A stretch of DNA of 63,581 nt, filler included, from Stramenopiles sp. TOSAG23-3 (lineage: Eukaryota): the NCBI GenBank assembly GCA_900128585.1. It is 25 parts of 25 records of this genome, joined end to end, with 100 filler letters (N's around TTAATTAATTAA, not from the genome) between each part and the next. Parts side by side here need not be neighbours in the genome. Positions count along the whole stretch, not along the records: positions 23,040 to 25,491 come from LT644802.1; positions 25,592 to 28,040 come from LT644803.1; positions 28,141 to 30,588 come from LT644804.1; positions 30,689 to 33,133 come from LT644805.1; positions 33,234 to 35,677 come from LT644806.1; 20 more parts are not named here. One strand, 5' to 3'. The notes below the pieces were generated by a model. It was given only the letters and a program-made list of their open reading frames with translations, was not told where the DNA came from and searched no databases. Shown piece after piece: positions 23,045-33,644 of the stretch. A program made the translations under genes and the position numbers. The first letter of the stretch is position 1. Each line of letters starts with the position of its first letter.

Positions 23045-25306
23045 ATGGTGTTAAAGGTGTTGAAGGAGAGGCATGACGCCGAATACTATGTGAATTTCTT
23101 GACAAATATGATAGGTTTGCAACACGGGATTGCTGGGCTGGCCCACGTTTGCCTTTCCCCTGGCACCCTTGGGTTGGCCATTCGTGCCGCCGTGCTGATA
23201 GACTCTTCAAACGAGAGCGACCCGTCGAGCGACACGACGGCTACCCTAACCCCCCAGATCAACCAGGTAGTCCACGCCCTTTTGTTTCGTTCGGCAGGAA
23301 GCGAAGTTTTAGCTCGGTGCCGCGACTCGGACGTTTTGAAGTATTTTGGACGGCAGTTTACCAACAGCAAGGGGTCCGACGGCAACTTGCTGCCAAGGGG
23401 CCGCATCGGTGCCATCGGTTGCCTGTTTGCCAGCCACCCTGGGGCACGGGCCTATTTTCCTACCATACCGCTGTGGGGCGAAACGTTGGTGGAGGTTGCT
23501 AACGACTCGAACTCGTCGGTAAAAGACATAATTGCGGCCGGCTACTTGATTTACCATTTGCCGGGGGTCGATTCCGGCGGCCGCTCGCTTTGGGATCAGA
23601 TTGATTTTCTGCACGTGCTGCGGCAGTGCTTTTCCGTAATATCGCCGAGCAACACCACGTCGTCCTCCACCCCCCTGATCCTCCGCCTCCAGGCGGTGGA
23701 CGTAGTCTCCTTTGCGCTGCAGGACTCTGCCCATTCCGAATCGATAGAGGAGTGGGGAGAAGAGCTGTTCTCCCACCTGAAAAACAACTCGGAGAACATC
23801 AAAGCGTGCGCCGAAACGATCCGCGCGAGCAACGGGGACAAAAAGGACGCGAAGGTCTGCAAAGAGCTCATAACCCAGCTGCAGCCGTCCGCAGAAGTGC
23901 TGGCGGCTTTCCTGGCGCATGGGAGCTTGGCCGTTCGGGAAAAGACCCTTGAACTATTGACGACGGTGGGTTTTTTTCAAGCAAGCTTTGCATGGACGGT
24001 GCTGAGCTGGGCCGACGCCACCGGGCGGCTGCTGTGCAGCAACATTTTCAACTCTATCCTATCAATCCTGACGTCGGGCAAAGCAAAGATCCCAGACCCA
24101 CAAACACTCTCCATCCTGGAGGCTCGCTCCTGCGACCAGCGAAGGCCAGTGGCCCTGGGGCCCATTAACTTTCTGAAGTCCGCAGGATCGAAGCAGCAGC
24201 TGGCCGCTTGCCGCGAACATTTGCGCGCCGCCATGCTGCAGTACCGGTGTGAAAGTTTGGAGCTGATAGACATACAAGTGCAGAGGTTCGCGTGCATCCT
24301 GCTGACGGACGATTGGAAAGAGAACGAGGACGTGAAGGAGTACCTGAAGCTGCTCTCCAACGATGGGCGCGCGATCTCTATTTTGAGGTACGCGTTGCTC
24401 TCGCACGAGACGAGCACCATAGACACCGCTTTGCAGTTGGTAACCTTGTTTTTCAATGCAAGCCAGAACGACATACCGGAAGCGGCCTGTTTCGTAGACG
24501 CCTGGTCGACCAACAACCGGGACGCCCACGCGGTGTCGGCCAAGGCCGAGCGAGAGCAGAAGGAGGCGGTATCCCAGAAAGCTGCAGAAGCGCAGGCAAA
24601 ACAAAAGGAAATGGAAGGCATGGAAAAACGATTCCAACTAAAATCTCGAAATTTCGAGCACCGTATGCAGGATTTGAAAGACTCGTACGACGATCAGATC
24701 AAGCAGCTTGAGGCAGGCCACAAGGCCCAGGAGGATCAAGTTGACGCTCGGCTTCGGGCGACCCAAGAGCAGCTCGACCACGCCCAGTCCCTGTTGCACA
24801 TGAAGGAAATCTCTGTGAACAGGGTCTCGGAGCAGATGGAAGTGCTCCGGAGCGAGCGGGACATTGCCGAACGAGACAGCGCTGTGCTTCGCCGAAAGCT
24901 CAACGCGCTGGAAGAGCGCGTGACAGAGATTGCCAAGCAGCTGTTAGACGCCCTTCAGAGTGGAGCAAAGGAAGTGGCGGAGCGGGAGAAAAGAATCATT
25001 CTGCTCACGTCTTCCCACGAGAACAAGCTGAAAGCCTTGGAAAAGGACCGGCACAACATTCGTGAGCATTTCGAAAATGAAGTGAGCAGGCTCGAAACCG
25101 AAGTAGAGCATCAGAATTCCAAACTGTCGGAGTTGAGGGACGCGTTAAAAAATGCAAATATTGCAGATACGAAACGAGCAGAGAACGACCAGGACTTGAT
25201 GAACCAATTGGTCAAGCGCTTGTCGAAGATGATCCGGGTGTACGAAAAGAAAGACTCCGACTGCAATGCGTTGAAGAAACAATTGGTTTCCATTAAATAC
25301 TCGTGA
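23045..25306 (+). CDS. Helical (ARM/HEAT-like) protein with C-terminal coiled coil, probably 5'-truncated
   Basis: 753-aa ORF with GC-rich codon use; Leu-rich helical N-terminal two thirds, E/K/Q heptad C-terminus. Confidence 0.75.
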   Translation: MVLKVLKERHDAEYYVNFLTNMIGLQHGIAGLAHVCLSPGTLGLAIRAAVLIDSSNESDPSSDTTATLTPQINQVVHALLFRSAGSEVLARCRDSDVLKYFGRQFTNSKGSDGNLLPRGRIGAIGCLFASHPGARAYFPTIPLWGETLVEVANDSNSSVKDIIAAGYLIYHLPGVDSGGRSLWDQIDFLHVLRQCFSVISPSNTTSSSTPLILRLQAVDVVSFALQDSAHSESIEEWGEELFSHLKNNSENIKACAETIRASNGDKKDAKVCKELITQLQPSAEVLAAFLAHGSLAVREKTLELLTTVGFFQASFAWTVLSWADATGRLLCSNIFNSILSILTSGKAKIPDPQTLSILEARSCDQRRPVALGPINFLKSAGSKQQLAACREHLRAAMLQYRCESLELIDIQVQRFACILLTDDWKENEDVKEYLKLLSNDGRAISILRYALLSHETSTIDTALQLVTLFFNASQNDIPEAACFVDAWSTNNRDAHAVSAKAEREQKEAVSQKAAEAQAKQKEMEGMEKRFQLKSRNFEHRMQDLKDSYDDQIKQLEAGHKAQEDQVDARLRATQEQLDHAQSLLHMKEISVNRVSEQMEVLRSERDIAERDSAVLRRKLNALEERVTEIAKQLLDALQSGAKEVAEREKRIILLTSSHENKLKALEKDRHNIREHFENEVSRLETEVEHQNSKLSELRDALKNANIADTKRAENDQDLMNQLVKRLSKMIRVYEKKDSDCNALKKQLVSIKYS

Positions 25307-25359
25307 GAGGAAAGACTCCCCCTCACCCTTCCACACAGTGTATACAGTTCTATAGTTGC

Positions 25360-25491
25360 TTTTTTGTATTATTTCTGTACTTGAAACTTTTTTGTATTAT
25401 TTCTGTACTTGAAACTTTTTTGTATTATTTCTGTACTTGTAACTTTTTTGTATTATTTCTGTACTTGTAACTTTTTTGTATTATTTCTGTA
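25360..25491 (+). repeat. 28-bp minisatellite, ~4.7 copies
   Basis: TTTTTTGTATTATTTCTGTACTTGWAAC units start at 25360, 25388, 25416, 25444, 25472. Confidence 0.95.
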
Positions 25492-25591
25492 NNNNNNNNN
25501 NNNNNNNNNNNNNNNNNNNNNNNNNNNNNNNNNNNTTAATTAATTAANNNNNNNNNNNNNNNNNNNNNNNNNNNNNNNNNNNNNNNNNNNN

Positions 25592-26058
25592 GAAGTAAAA
25601 AGACGGATAAGATTAAAGCACTTGTACACGGGGGTTTGTGCAATCGGTGTAATGAAAAAATTGTTTGGAAAAAGAAATATCGTAAATACAAACCTTTGAC
25701 GAAGCCGAGGAAGTGCAATAAGTGCCAGGAGCTCACGGTAAAGAAGGCGTACCATACCATATGCACAAGTTGCGCGGGAGCCATGAAAGTGTGCGCATGG
25801 TGCGCAAAGCCCAAAGATATTGTTATGACGCGGGAAATAAAGACCATTCAAAACGCAGAAAAGGCCAAAAAGGTAGATGCTGTTCTGGGCGATTTAAAAG
25901 AGCGGAAGAAGAGGACGCTTATGCGAAAGTTCGAAACGGGTGCCCTAAAGGCGGACCAAGTGATAGAACAAGCCGAGAAAGCCCTCGAACAGGAGAGGAT
26001 GAAAGAGGACATGATGTTTGGATTTGGGGACGGCATGGACATGGACGACGACTTTTGA
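25592..26058 (+). CDS. C9orf85: C9orf85/DUF2039 homolog, 5'-truncated
   Basis: GLCNRCNEKIVWKKKYRKYKPL...KCNKC...VKKAYHTICTSCA...VCAWC. Confidence 0.9.
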
Positions 26059-26376
26059 GGGTAGTGTGTATAGTTTTTCAAAAATAAGAAATCAGCTTTT
26101 TAAATCAATTTTGAGAATAAGAATGTTAGCAAGAAATGAGAGTAAATACTTTACGCGTGTGTTTGTAAAGGTAATAAATTTAATTTTACGAATATAATGT
26201 TTTTACTCTTAGACCAATAATTGCCACAAACTGTAGTCGCCGCAATTGTTTCACATCTCTCTTTTTTATTTTTAGAAAAAAAAATACTACCGCTGTCATA
26301 CTACGTACCGTACCCGGTGGGGAGGGCGAATCGTCGAGGATTGAAAAAGGACAGATATACGTACGCGACTACTGTC

Positions 26377-27732
26377 TTACCAGCCGTTGCCGTTGCCCCA
26401 GCCCCCATCGTCCGCTTCACCATTTCCCCACGCATCATCTCCATCTTCCACGCCCAGCCCCACGGAGTTCTGGGTCCGTTCTTCGTCAGCGTCGCTCAAA
26501 ATTTTCAAAATGTATTTCTTTGCGCCTTCTACGTCATTGGGAAGCCCTACGACCAACGTGTTTCCGTTCAGGGAATTCTGGTTTGGCAGCACCACGTTGA
26601 CTTTCCAGTTTCCTTGAATGTGGTGGATGGTGCTTCCCTTGGGGCCGACCACAATGCCGCGTTGCCAATCTGGAACGTTCAGCTCGGCATGAATCATTCC
26701 AGGATGGGTGATTTCGTGGTGGTAGAACTGCATGATGGAGTAGACAACGTCCTTCGCTTGCTGAACGCTACTTTTGGGGCCAGAGATACCGACCCGGACA
26801 CGGCCGGTGCCGTTCGCAGGCGTTTTGGGTATGTTGACACGCGCCCCAACCATGTCTTGGATTGCCCGGATAACTTTCCCGTTCTTTCCAATAAGGTCCG
26901 GGAAATACATGGGGTGCACCATTACGCTGTCTTCCGCAAAATCGGCGCTGATGGTGAATTCGCAGTGGCCCTTCTGGGTCATGTCGTTGACCGCTTGTTT
27001 CGCGCGCGCGAGCTGGTTCGCAGGGCCCTCGATGGTTACCAACACGTAGGTGGAGGTGCTTCCTTGCACCAAGCGAGGAACTTGGATGGTGCACCCGGTT
27101 CCGTCTTGGATTTTGTGCAAGTTCGACCCTTTCGGGCCAATGATCACTCCTATCTTGCGGGACTCCACCTGCACGGAGACTTTCGTCGCACCACTGGCCG
27201 ACGACCCCGAATCGTTCGAGGATTTGTTTTTGTTGCGGTTGCCACGTTTTCCTTTGGGCTTGACTGCGACTTCCCACCCGTCGTCAATATCCTTTTGTTT
27301 CAAGGTGACCTTGCCTTCTTTCAGCTTGCGCTGGGCCTTCTCCAGTGCTTTCTGCTCTTTCTCGGCCTTGGACAACGTCGGCTTCGCTGCTGCCTTCGAC
27401 TTTTTTGATTTTCCACCCTTGGTCGGCTTTTTCTCCGCGGCAGGCTCGGGCTTGGCCTGTTTTTTCTCCTCGGCTTTCTGCTTCTTTGAGCGTTTGCGAA
27501 GGTTGCCGCTGTTCTCCGCGATGAAGGCGCTGATTTCATTGACGGCTTTCTTTTTCTTCTTTCCCTTGCTGCCGTTGTTATTGCCGCCCTTTTTCTTATT
27601 TTGTTTTTTCTTTGCAGGGGGTGGGCTTCCGCTCGAGCATAAAGCATTGTAAACAAACTTCAACAGAAGAAGTCCGGCGCACCCAATGAGGGCCATCAGA
27701 AACGGGGAAAGTTCGGTCGGAGTGGGAGCCAT
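26377..27732 (-). CDS. Membrane-anchored triple-KH RNA-binding protein
   Basis: N-terminal hydrophobic helix, K-rich linker, KH GxxG loops IIGPKG, LIGKNG, VVGPKG; WG-containing tail. Confidence 0.9.
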   Translation of the reverse strand: MAPTPTELSPFLMALIGCAGLLLLKFVYNALCSSGSPPPAKKKQNKKKGGNNNGSKGKKKKKAVNEISAFIAENSGNLRKRSKKQKAEEKKQAKPEPAAEKKPTKGGKSKKSKAAAKPTLSKAEKEQKALEKAQRKLKEGKVTLKQKDIDDGWEVAVKPKGKRGNRNKNKSSNDSGSSASGATKVSVQVESRKIGVIIGPKGSNLHKIQDGTGCTIQVPRLVQGSTSTYVLVTIEGPANQLARAKQAVNDMTQKGHCEFTISADFAEDSVMVHPMYFPDLIGKNGKVIRAIQDMVGARVNIPKTPANGTGRVRVGISGPKSSVQQAKDVVYSIMQFYHHEITHPGMIHAELNVPDWQRGIVVGPKGSTIHHIQGNWKVNVVLPNQNSLNGNTLVVGLPNDVEGAKKYILKILSDADEERTQNSVGLGVEDGDDAWGNGEADDGGWGNGNGW

Positions 27733-28140
27733 GTTGGATTATACGTAGAGTTTTCCAGGTACAAACGTGCAAATACACTGTCGTGGGTGGTTTCAAATTC
27801 TCAGACTATAAATACCTTTCTAGATATTTATATATGTATCCACGTTTATCGATCTTGTTGAATCATAATTATTTATCCCCATTACTTTCTACTGTATCGA
27901 CTCGAATCCTTTATTTAATATTTTTTTGACTTCTTCTTCGTGGTTGGTATAATAATATTATTTGGTGGTGGTAGAACAAGAACAAAAAAATGCTGCTGAA
28001 TTATTCTTATATATTTTATTATTATTTTTATTTTTTATATNNNNNNNNNNNNNNNNNNNNNNNNNNNNNNNNNNNNNNNNNNNNTTAATTAATTAANNNN
28101 NNNNNNNNNNNNNNNNNNNNNNNNNNNNNNNNNNNNNNNN

Positions 28141-28308
28141 TCCAAGAAGGTCCGTCGCACGACGGTGACATCGGCAGCGGCGAAGCAGCACCAGCGGAGT
28201 AAAGAAAGAAGTGCCTCCGAACCTCTCATTTCGGCCGAACGCCGAGACTCACTTTCCTTGTCCGGGTTGCGAAAAGCACGGCGCCCCATGTGCTGTCTAA
28301 TTTATTAA
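28141..28308 (+). CDS. C-terminal fragment ending in a CaaX-like CCLIY
   Basis: GC-rich stop-free frame from the contig start reading ...RKARRPMCCLIY*; absent from the ORF track. Confidence 0.5.
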   Translation, partial: SKKVRRTTVTSAAAKQHQRSKERSASEPLISAERRDSLSLSGLRKARRPMCCLIY

Positions 28309-28448
28309 GAAAATTTTAAATTTGTTTTGAACTTGAAATCCACAGAACTAATGAGAAAAACACCAGACAGTGATGTTAAAATTTCAAAAATAAAACCTCA
28401 TCCGTAAATACCTCGTAATTAAGATATCATATTTCATATGATACTATG

Positions 28449-28581
28449 AAAAAACCAAAATATATAGTATGTTTTAAGACTCTCATTTAAATATGATACT
28501 ATGATATGCAAATCAAGAAAATTGGCTGTTATTTAAGTAACTATAAAAATAAAAAAAACAAGAAAATTGGCTGTTATTTAA
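28449..28581 (+). promoter_or_regulatory. Tandem 3'-end motifs B-A-A
   Basis: AAAAAACCAAAATATATAGTATGTTTTAAGACTCTCA, then motif A at 28511 and 28554. Confidence 0.65.
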
Positions 28582-28668
28582 CTATATCATTAGTTTTTTT
28601 CTTAAGTTAAGTGATTAATCACATCTTCAACATTGTTTTACCTCCCTGCCCTTTCATGAACGTCGCAT

Positions 28669-30369
28669 TTATCTTAATTGACCCGCCCCCTTGCCTGCCT
28701 TCCTTTGATCAAAAGCGTGTTTGTAAAAACCGTTCATTCGTTTCATTGCGCATTCTGAACAGGGCCACTCCCTCAAACGTTCTAAAATTTGACAGCTCAA
28801 CGCTCTCACGTCCCCGCTCTTGTGAAACAAACAGATACCCAAGGCATTGACATCGTTATCCATAAAGTACAAAAAATTAACAAAGTCGTCCTTCTCTTGT
28901 AAGACAAGCAGAATTTCGCCGAGCATTCGAGCGAGCTCGCTTTCCTCAATTTTCTTCGAGCCTTTCAGCGCCCTGATAGATTTCCTGATGTCTATCCCAA
29001 TCGCACACCCCGGGGTTTTGGCCTCCCTGGTTTTCGCGTGCTGGTACATTCGCGTCTTTTCAAATTCTGCTAAACGGGCCCGAATTGAGTTCTGGGTCGA
29101 AGCTGCCATCAAAGACTCGATCGGGCCATCCCCGCCTGCTTTCCTGCCCGAAGACTTAAATGATGCCATCAGCTGCATTATATTTCGTGAGTATTTCGTG
29201 AACTCGTCGTGGACAAACTGTTCACCAAGATGCTGGTCGACTCCCGATATGACCTTTTGAATAAACTGAAGATCGGCCTCGTTTGCCAGAAGGCCTTGGA
29301 TTATGCCGTCGTCCGCGAAAGTGGCGGCCTTCATAAGCTTCTGCGCCATAGAGTTCGGCTGCTGCTTTTCGCCCAGCATGCTTTCGTCCCATACCATCCC
29401 AGTCTCCACATCGCAAAGAATGTCCCACCATTCGGATTTTATTTTGAACAGCGGGTTAGTCACCCCGGCAATGTATCCCGGAACATCGAGGAAACCCAAA
29501 TCGTTCAAGTTCGCGTACGGGAAAGTGCGCGCTGGCAACAGGGGAAAGGGGGGGCTGAGCATGTTGGCAGCCGCCAGGACCATCTCGCACACCGTCCCTG
29601 CCTCAATTTCGGGTGAACCCACGAACATCACACGCTTTTCCAGCAGGACTGCCGAAAAGATTACCATCGTGTTGACACCACCAAACGCTCGTAAAAATGG
29701 AATGAGGGAATTGACGTCCCCAATCATTTCCTTTTGAACAAACAGGGGGATGTGCAGCGGGATGTCGAACGCGCTCTTCTTGCCCAGCGCCGGCCACTGC
29801 ACGGAAAAAATATGGTACCGTTTATTATCATCGTCGTCTGCGTACATTAGCATCTTCTCGAACGTGCTAAGACGCGGAATCGCAGCCATGTCGATACACT
29901 TGTTTATGGCGTCGTATATTTTCTTCAAAACCTCCACGGACGGGTTTTCTATGTACGCGTCTAAGCCAAGCAGCGCCGCGGGCTTTAGCTTATTTAAAAA
30001 ATTGTACGGCGAGCAGAGGCTAAGGGCGGTCACCTTCGCCCCACGACGAGCGCTCTTGTCCCGAACATTGTGCACGTTATTGATGCAACGCAAAAATACT
30101 TTGTCAGTTGTGGCGTGGTGTCCTTCTTTTCTTGCGCCACTATCGGGCGAAAGCGCCCCTCGGTTCAGGAAGAAATACGTCCAGTCATCCTCTCGCTTGT
30201 GGGCACCTTCCGGGAGCATCCACTCTGCCAACTGGGAATCATCGTAGCCCTCAATTTTTCCCGGGTAAGAATGCTTTAACGTGCTGCCCTTATCAATATC
30301 AAATTCAGCAACAAGAATGTAAAAAAGCGCCCGCGGTGGTTCAGCCCCCGCCGCCTGCCGAGCCGACAT
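28669..30369 (-). CDS. AFI1: Afi1/MesA-like DENN-family protein
   Basis: YILVAEFDIDKGS...MLPEGAHKREDDWTYFFL; LLEKRVMF; RTFPY...GYIAGVTNPLF...WWDILCD. Confidence 0.85.
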   Translation of the reverse strand: MSARQAAGAEPPRALFYILVAEFDIDKGSTLKHSYPGKIEGYDDSQLAEWMLPEGAHKREDDWTYFFLNRGALSPDSGARKEGHHATTDKVFLRCINNVHNVRDKSARRGAKVTALSLCSPYNFLNKLKPAALLGLDAYIENPSVEVLKKIYDAINKCIDMAAIPRLSTFEKMLMYADDDDNKRYHIFSVQWPALGKKSAFDIPLHIPLFVQKEMIGDVNSLIPFLRAFGGVNTMVIFSAVLLEKRVMFVGSPEIEAGTVCEMVLAAANMLSPPFPLLPARTFPYANLNDLGFLDVPGYIAGVTNPLFKIKSEWWDILCDVETGMVWDESMLGEKQQPNSMAQKLMKAATFADDGIIQGLLANEADLQFIQKVISGVDQHLGEQFVHDEFTKYSRNIMQLMASFKSSGRKAGGDGPIESLMAASTQNSIRARLAEFEKTRMYQHAKTREAKTPGCAIGIDIRKSIRALKGSKKIEESELARMLGEILLVLQEKDDFVNFLYFMDNDVNALGICLFHKSGDVRALSCQILERLREWPCSECAMKRMNGFYKHAFDQRKAGKGAGQLR

Positions 30370-30956
30370 GCGCGGTCTGCCAAGAAGAAAGGAACAAGTC
30401 TCCCACCCAACTGGAGCTTAAATTCCCCGCATGTATTGTTTATATATATATATACAGTTAAAAAATGTACGATAATGAACGGGTAAATAAATCGCACACT
30501 TCTTTAATTCAACTCACTGATTACAAAATTGGAGAAAAATTATTATTATTAACACCCCCACACCTCCTCTTCTTTTCTTCTGACAGAGNNNNNNNNNNNN
30601 NNNNNNNNNNNNNNNNNNNNNNNNNNNNNNNNTTAATTAATTAANNNNNNNNNNNNNNNNNNNNNNNNNNNNNNNNNNNNNNNNNNNNAGTAGTTGTTGG
30701 TGAATGAAGAAGAAGATAGAAGAGGTCTTTACTACTGCTGTACTTATGAACTTCAACGCAACACAATCATCACCATCAAAGGGTGATAGGATTGATGAGA
30801 AATCAAGAGGTTGCGGTGATTTGCTTACATACGCTTGTCATTTGATACGGTAAGAAAGAGGAAAAGAAAAACACTCAATTCATCACCAACAGCACACATT
30901 TTCACTTCAAGTTTTCAACCACATACAACCCAATACAATACAACACAACCAACAAA

Positions 30957-32555
30957 ATGGCCTCTTTCCTTATGCCCTCTGGGGCCATGGACAAGGTGAA
31001 CGAGGCGACCGTCGAGTTCACTGCCCAGTTCTCCAAGTTTATGCTCCTTGGCTATTTCGACGTGGCCATCGAGCAAGCAAAAGCCAACGCAGCAGAAAAG
31101 AGTACCACCGAAGACCCCGAACAGCTAATGCAGATGGGAGACCCAGACTGGATAATCAAAGAAGGCTTCTTTCATAAAGAGGGTGCGTTCAGAAAGAACT
31201 GGAAGAGACGATGGTTTGTCGCGAACAACAAGACGGAACAATTCACCATCGACTACTATACGGATGATACCAAGAAGACCAAGAAAGGGACTATTAACTG
31301 CGCAGGCTACCGCGCGCGGAAAAGCGAGCTCAAAAAAGCGAATGGGATCATCCTGGAACCCTACGACGACGACCGTCGGGAGTGGGCGTTTTGCTTCGAC
31401 ACCCCAGAGGAAAGGAACAAGTGGCTCTCTCTCTTCAACAACGGCTGCTGGCACTCCGAACCGACCGGGCACCCCGACCCTATGATCAACCTTGCCTTTC
31501 GGAAAGCGTTCAACAAGCTGAGAATTGCACGAGGGTTCTGGTACTCGTTTACGTTTGATCGAAGCCCCTATGAAATGTTGGCAAAACTGCTGATCCGTGA
31601 CATGGACCGAGGTATATTTCGAGACATCTTAAACGAAGTCAGCACTCCAGGGGGCATTGGTCAAAGCACCGCCCGGAATGCCGTTCGCAAAGTGCTCGTC
31701 TCGACGTGCACCGCCGCGTGCAAAGGAGCTTGGGAAGGGGCAAAACCATCGCTAGACCTCGCAAAAACAGTTGTTGACGAAAAGGTTGTCCCGAAAATCC
31801 AACCGATTTTGGACGCCCAAATCACGATCCGGGACAAGATCGTCGAGACAGTTGGAGATGTCACGGCCCCTGTTACTGCAGTCATGAGGGACACCATCTT
31901 CGCCCCTACGCTAGACCGCGTCTTGGCGCCCATGGTCGAAATCTTCAACGCTGTCATCGTAGGATTCCACCGCGTCGTATCCAAAGAGTGGGGTGTTGAC
32001 AAATGCAAGGAGCAGAAGGTCTTTGAGGAGATGATCGACGACACTCGCTACAGCTACTGGTACAAAAGTCCATTCAAAGAAGCGCATTTAAAAGTCCAAG
32101 CGTTGCACGACTCCGTTTTGGACACGTTCTGCAAAGAGATAAAAGGGATCAGCTCTTACGAACTAAGATATGTCCTAGACTCCCTTTTGAGAGAGTTACT
32201 TCGAAATGGTGTCTACACCATGCACACGCTCTGCAAGGGTGGAACGGATTCTGCTGCTGCGTTCGCGACAACAATGGAACAGCTCGTTCACGACGCCAAG
32301 CTTCGCTTGCAGCGCGTTGTAACGGAAGGCTTTCGTAAAATGATCAACGAGAACTTTGATCAGAACATGGTCCAGCCCTGCTTGAAACTGGTCAAGCCCA
32401 TTCAAGATTCGATTCCAGAAATGTTCAATACCATCATCAGCATCGACTCGCTGTTGGAAGAAGCCTTGAACATGATGGTGGACAATATGATAAAAGACTG
32501 CACCGCCGCGTCGGCGGCTGGTGCAGTGGACGGGATTACGACTGTTAGTGAGTGA
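30957..32555 (+). CDS. PH-domain protein with Niban/FAM129-like helical C-terminus
   Basis: IKEGFFHKEGAFRKNWKRRWFV...KGTINC...EERNKWL PH motif followed by ~350 aa of helical sequence; the Niban call is from recalled architecture only. Confidence 0.75.
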   Translation: MASFLMPSGAMDKVNEATVEFTAQFSKFMLLGYFDVAIEQAKANAAEKSTTEDPEQLMQMGDPDWIIKEGFFHKEGAFRKNWKRRWFVANNKTEQFTIDYYTDDTKKTKKGTINCAGYRARKSELKKANGIILEPYDDDRREWAFCFDTPEERNKWLSLFNNGCWHSEPTGHPDPMINLAFRKAFNKLRIARGFWYSFTFDRSPYEMLAKLLIRDMDRGIFRDILNEVSTPGGIGQSTARNAVRKVLVSTCTAACKGAWEGAKPSLDLAKTVVDEKVVPKIQPILDAQITIRDKIVETVGDVTAPVTAVMRDTIFAPTLDRVLAPMVEIFNAVIVGFHRVVSKEWGVDKCKEQKVFEEMIDDTRYSYWYKSPFKEAHLKVQALHDSVLDTFCKEIKGISSYELRYVLDSLLRELLRNGVYTMHTLCKGGTDSAAAFATTMEQLVHDAKLRLQRVVTEGFRKMINENFDQNMVQPCLKLVKPIQDSIPEMFNTIISIDSLLEEALNMMVDNMIKDCTAASAAGAVDGITTVSE

Positions 32556-32599
32556 TTCGTGGGCCACACGTATGAAGAAGAGTGTGAAGTGAAATCAGC

Positions 32600-32895
32600 T
32601 GCTTGGAAAATCACACAAGGAATGAGTCATCTATGAGTGAGATATCGGATATGGAAGTTGCTAATCCACATACCGATTCGGATCATGCATGGAGTACATG
32701 TGAAAATGATAGTCAACATTAAGTGACAAGGGCATATTGATTAGTAAAACCACAAGACCAGAGATAAGTTTGCAGTACATGAAGGAACGTAAACCTCTTA
32801 ATGGAAAAAAGGAGCAGTTTCATTTTCGCGGTACATGAGAAAGCTAAATTTTAATAACTTAAGAAATATAACATACTATATATTTTGTTTTTTTA
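32600..32895 (+). repeat. Dispersed repeat family copy 1 (body followed by reverse motif B)
   Basis: Shares CCGATTCGGATCATGCATGGAGTACA...GTGACAAGGG...CGCGGTACATGAGAAAGCTAAATT with the copies at 33343, 39941 and 42935. Confidence 0.9.
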
Positions 32896-33013
32896 ATATA
32901 TATTAAATAGCCAAATTGTTTGTTTAGTTAAAGATAACATATGTATTTTCACAATTTCTGTGTTTTGTTTTAATGTTAAGAAATAACGTACAAGGTTTTT
33001 GTTTTCATTTTTT

Positions 33014-33133
33014 TTATTTGCGACCTTCAGGAGGACCACGTGGGGGTTGGCCAAAGTCTTTACCAGAAAAGCTTTCGGGACCTCGCCCTGCAAATGGGCC
33101 ACGACCGGGCAGCCCTCTGCCGCCAAATGGCCC
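33014..33133 (-). CDS. C-terminal fragment of a G/P/R-rich protein
   Basis: GPFGGRGLPGRGPFAGRGP...GPPEGRK* from the contig end. Confidence 0.5.
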   Translation of the reverse strand, partial: GPFGGRGLPGRGPFAGRGPESFSGKDFGQPPRGPPEGRK

Positions 33134-33342
33134 NNNNNNNNNNNNNNNNNNNNNNNNNNNNNNNNNNNNNNNNNNNNTTAATTAATTAANNNNNNNNNNN
33201 NNNNNNNNNNNNNNNNNNNNNNNNNNNNNNNNNGTCTTAAAGCATACTAATTTAAAGTAAATTTAAAAAACAAAAAAGTGGCTGTGTGTCATTTAATTAC
33301 ATAATAAATCTTAGAACTGAAAAAACAAAAATAAAGGCCAGC

Positions 33343-33554
33343 TACCGATTCGGATCATGCATGGAGTACATGTGAGAATGATAGTCAACACTAAGTGACA
33401 AGGGTGTATTGATTAGTAAAACCACAAGAGCAGAGATAAGTTCGCAGTATACATGAAGGAACGTAAACCTCTAATGGACAAAAGGAGCAGATTCATTTTC
33501 GCGGTACATGAGAAAGCTAAATTACTTAAATAACAGCCAGTTTTTTGTTTTTAA
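33343..33554 (+). repeat. Dispersed repeat family copy 2 (body followed by reverse motif A)
   Basis: Highly similar to 32671-32850, on a different contig. Confidence 0.9.
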
Positions 33555-33644
33555 TTAACCCCCTGTGGTGTATTTGCGATTTAACATATCATTACGTGTT
33601 TGCGTGTTGCAAAAGATAAATTACGAACCCTCCCATATCTCCAT

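Noticed and set aside
25360-25491. 28-bp repeats as a CRISPR array
   Set aside because: Head-to-tail units with no spacers, in a eukaryotic context
26221-27408. 395-aa plus-strand ORF opposite the KH gene (also 46455-47741, 19052-19780, 62745-63449)
   Set aside because: Shadow ORFs expected from GC-rich or repetitive coding sequence; no independent motifs
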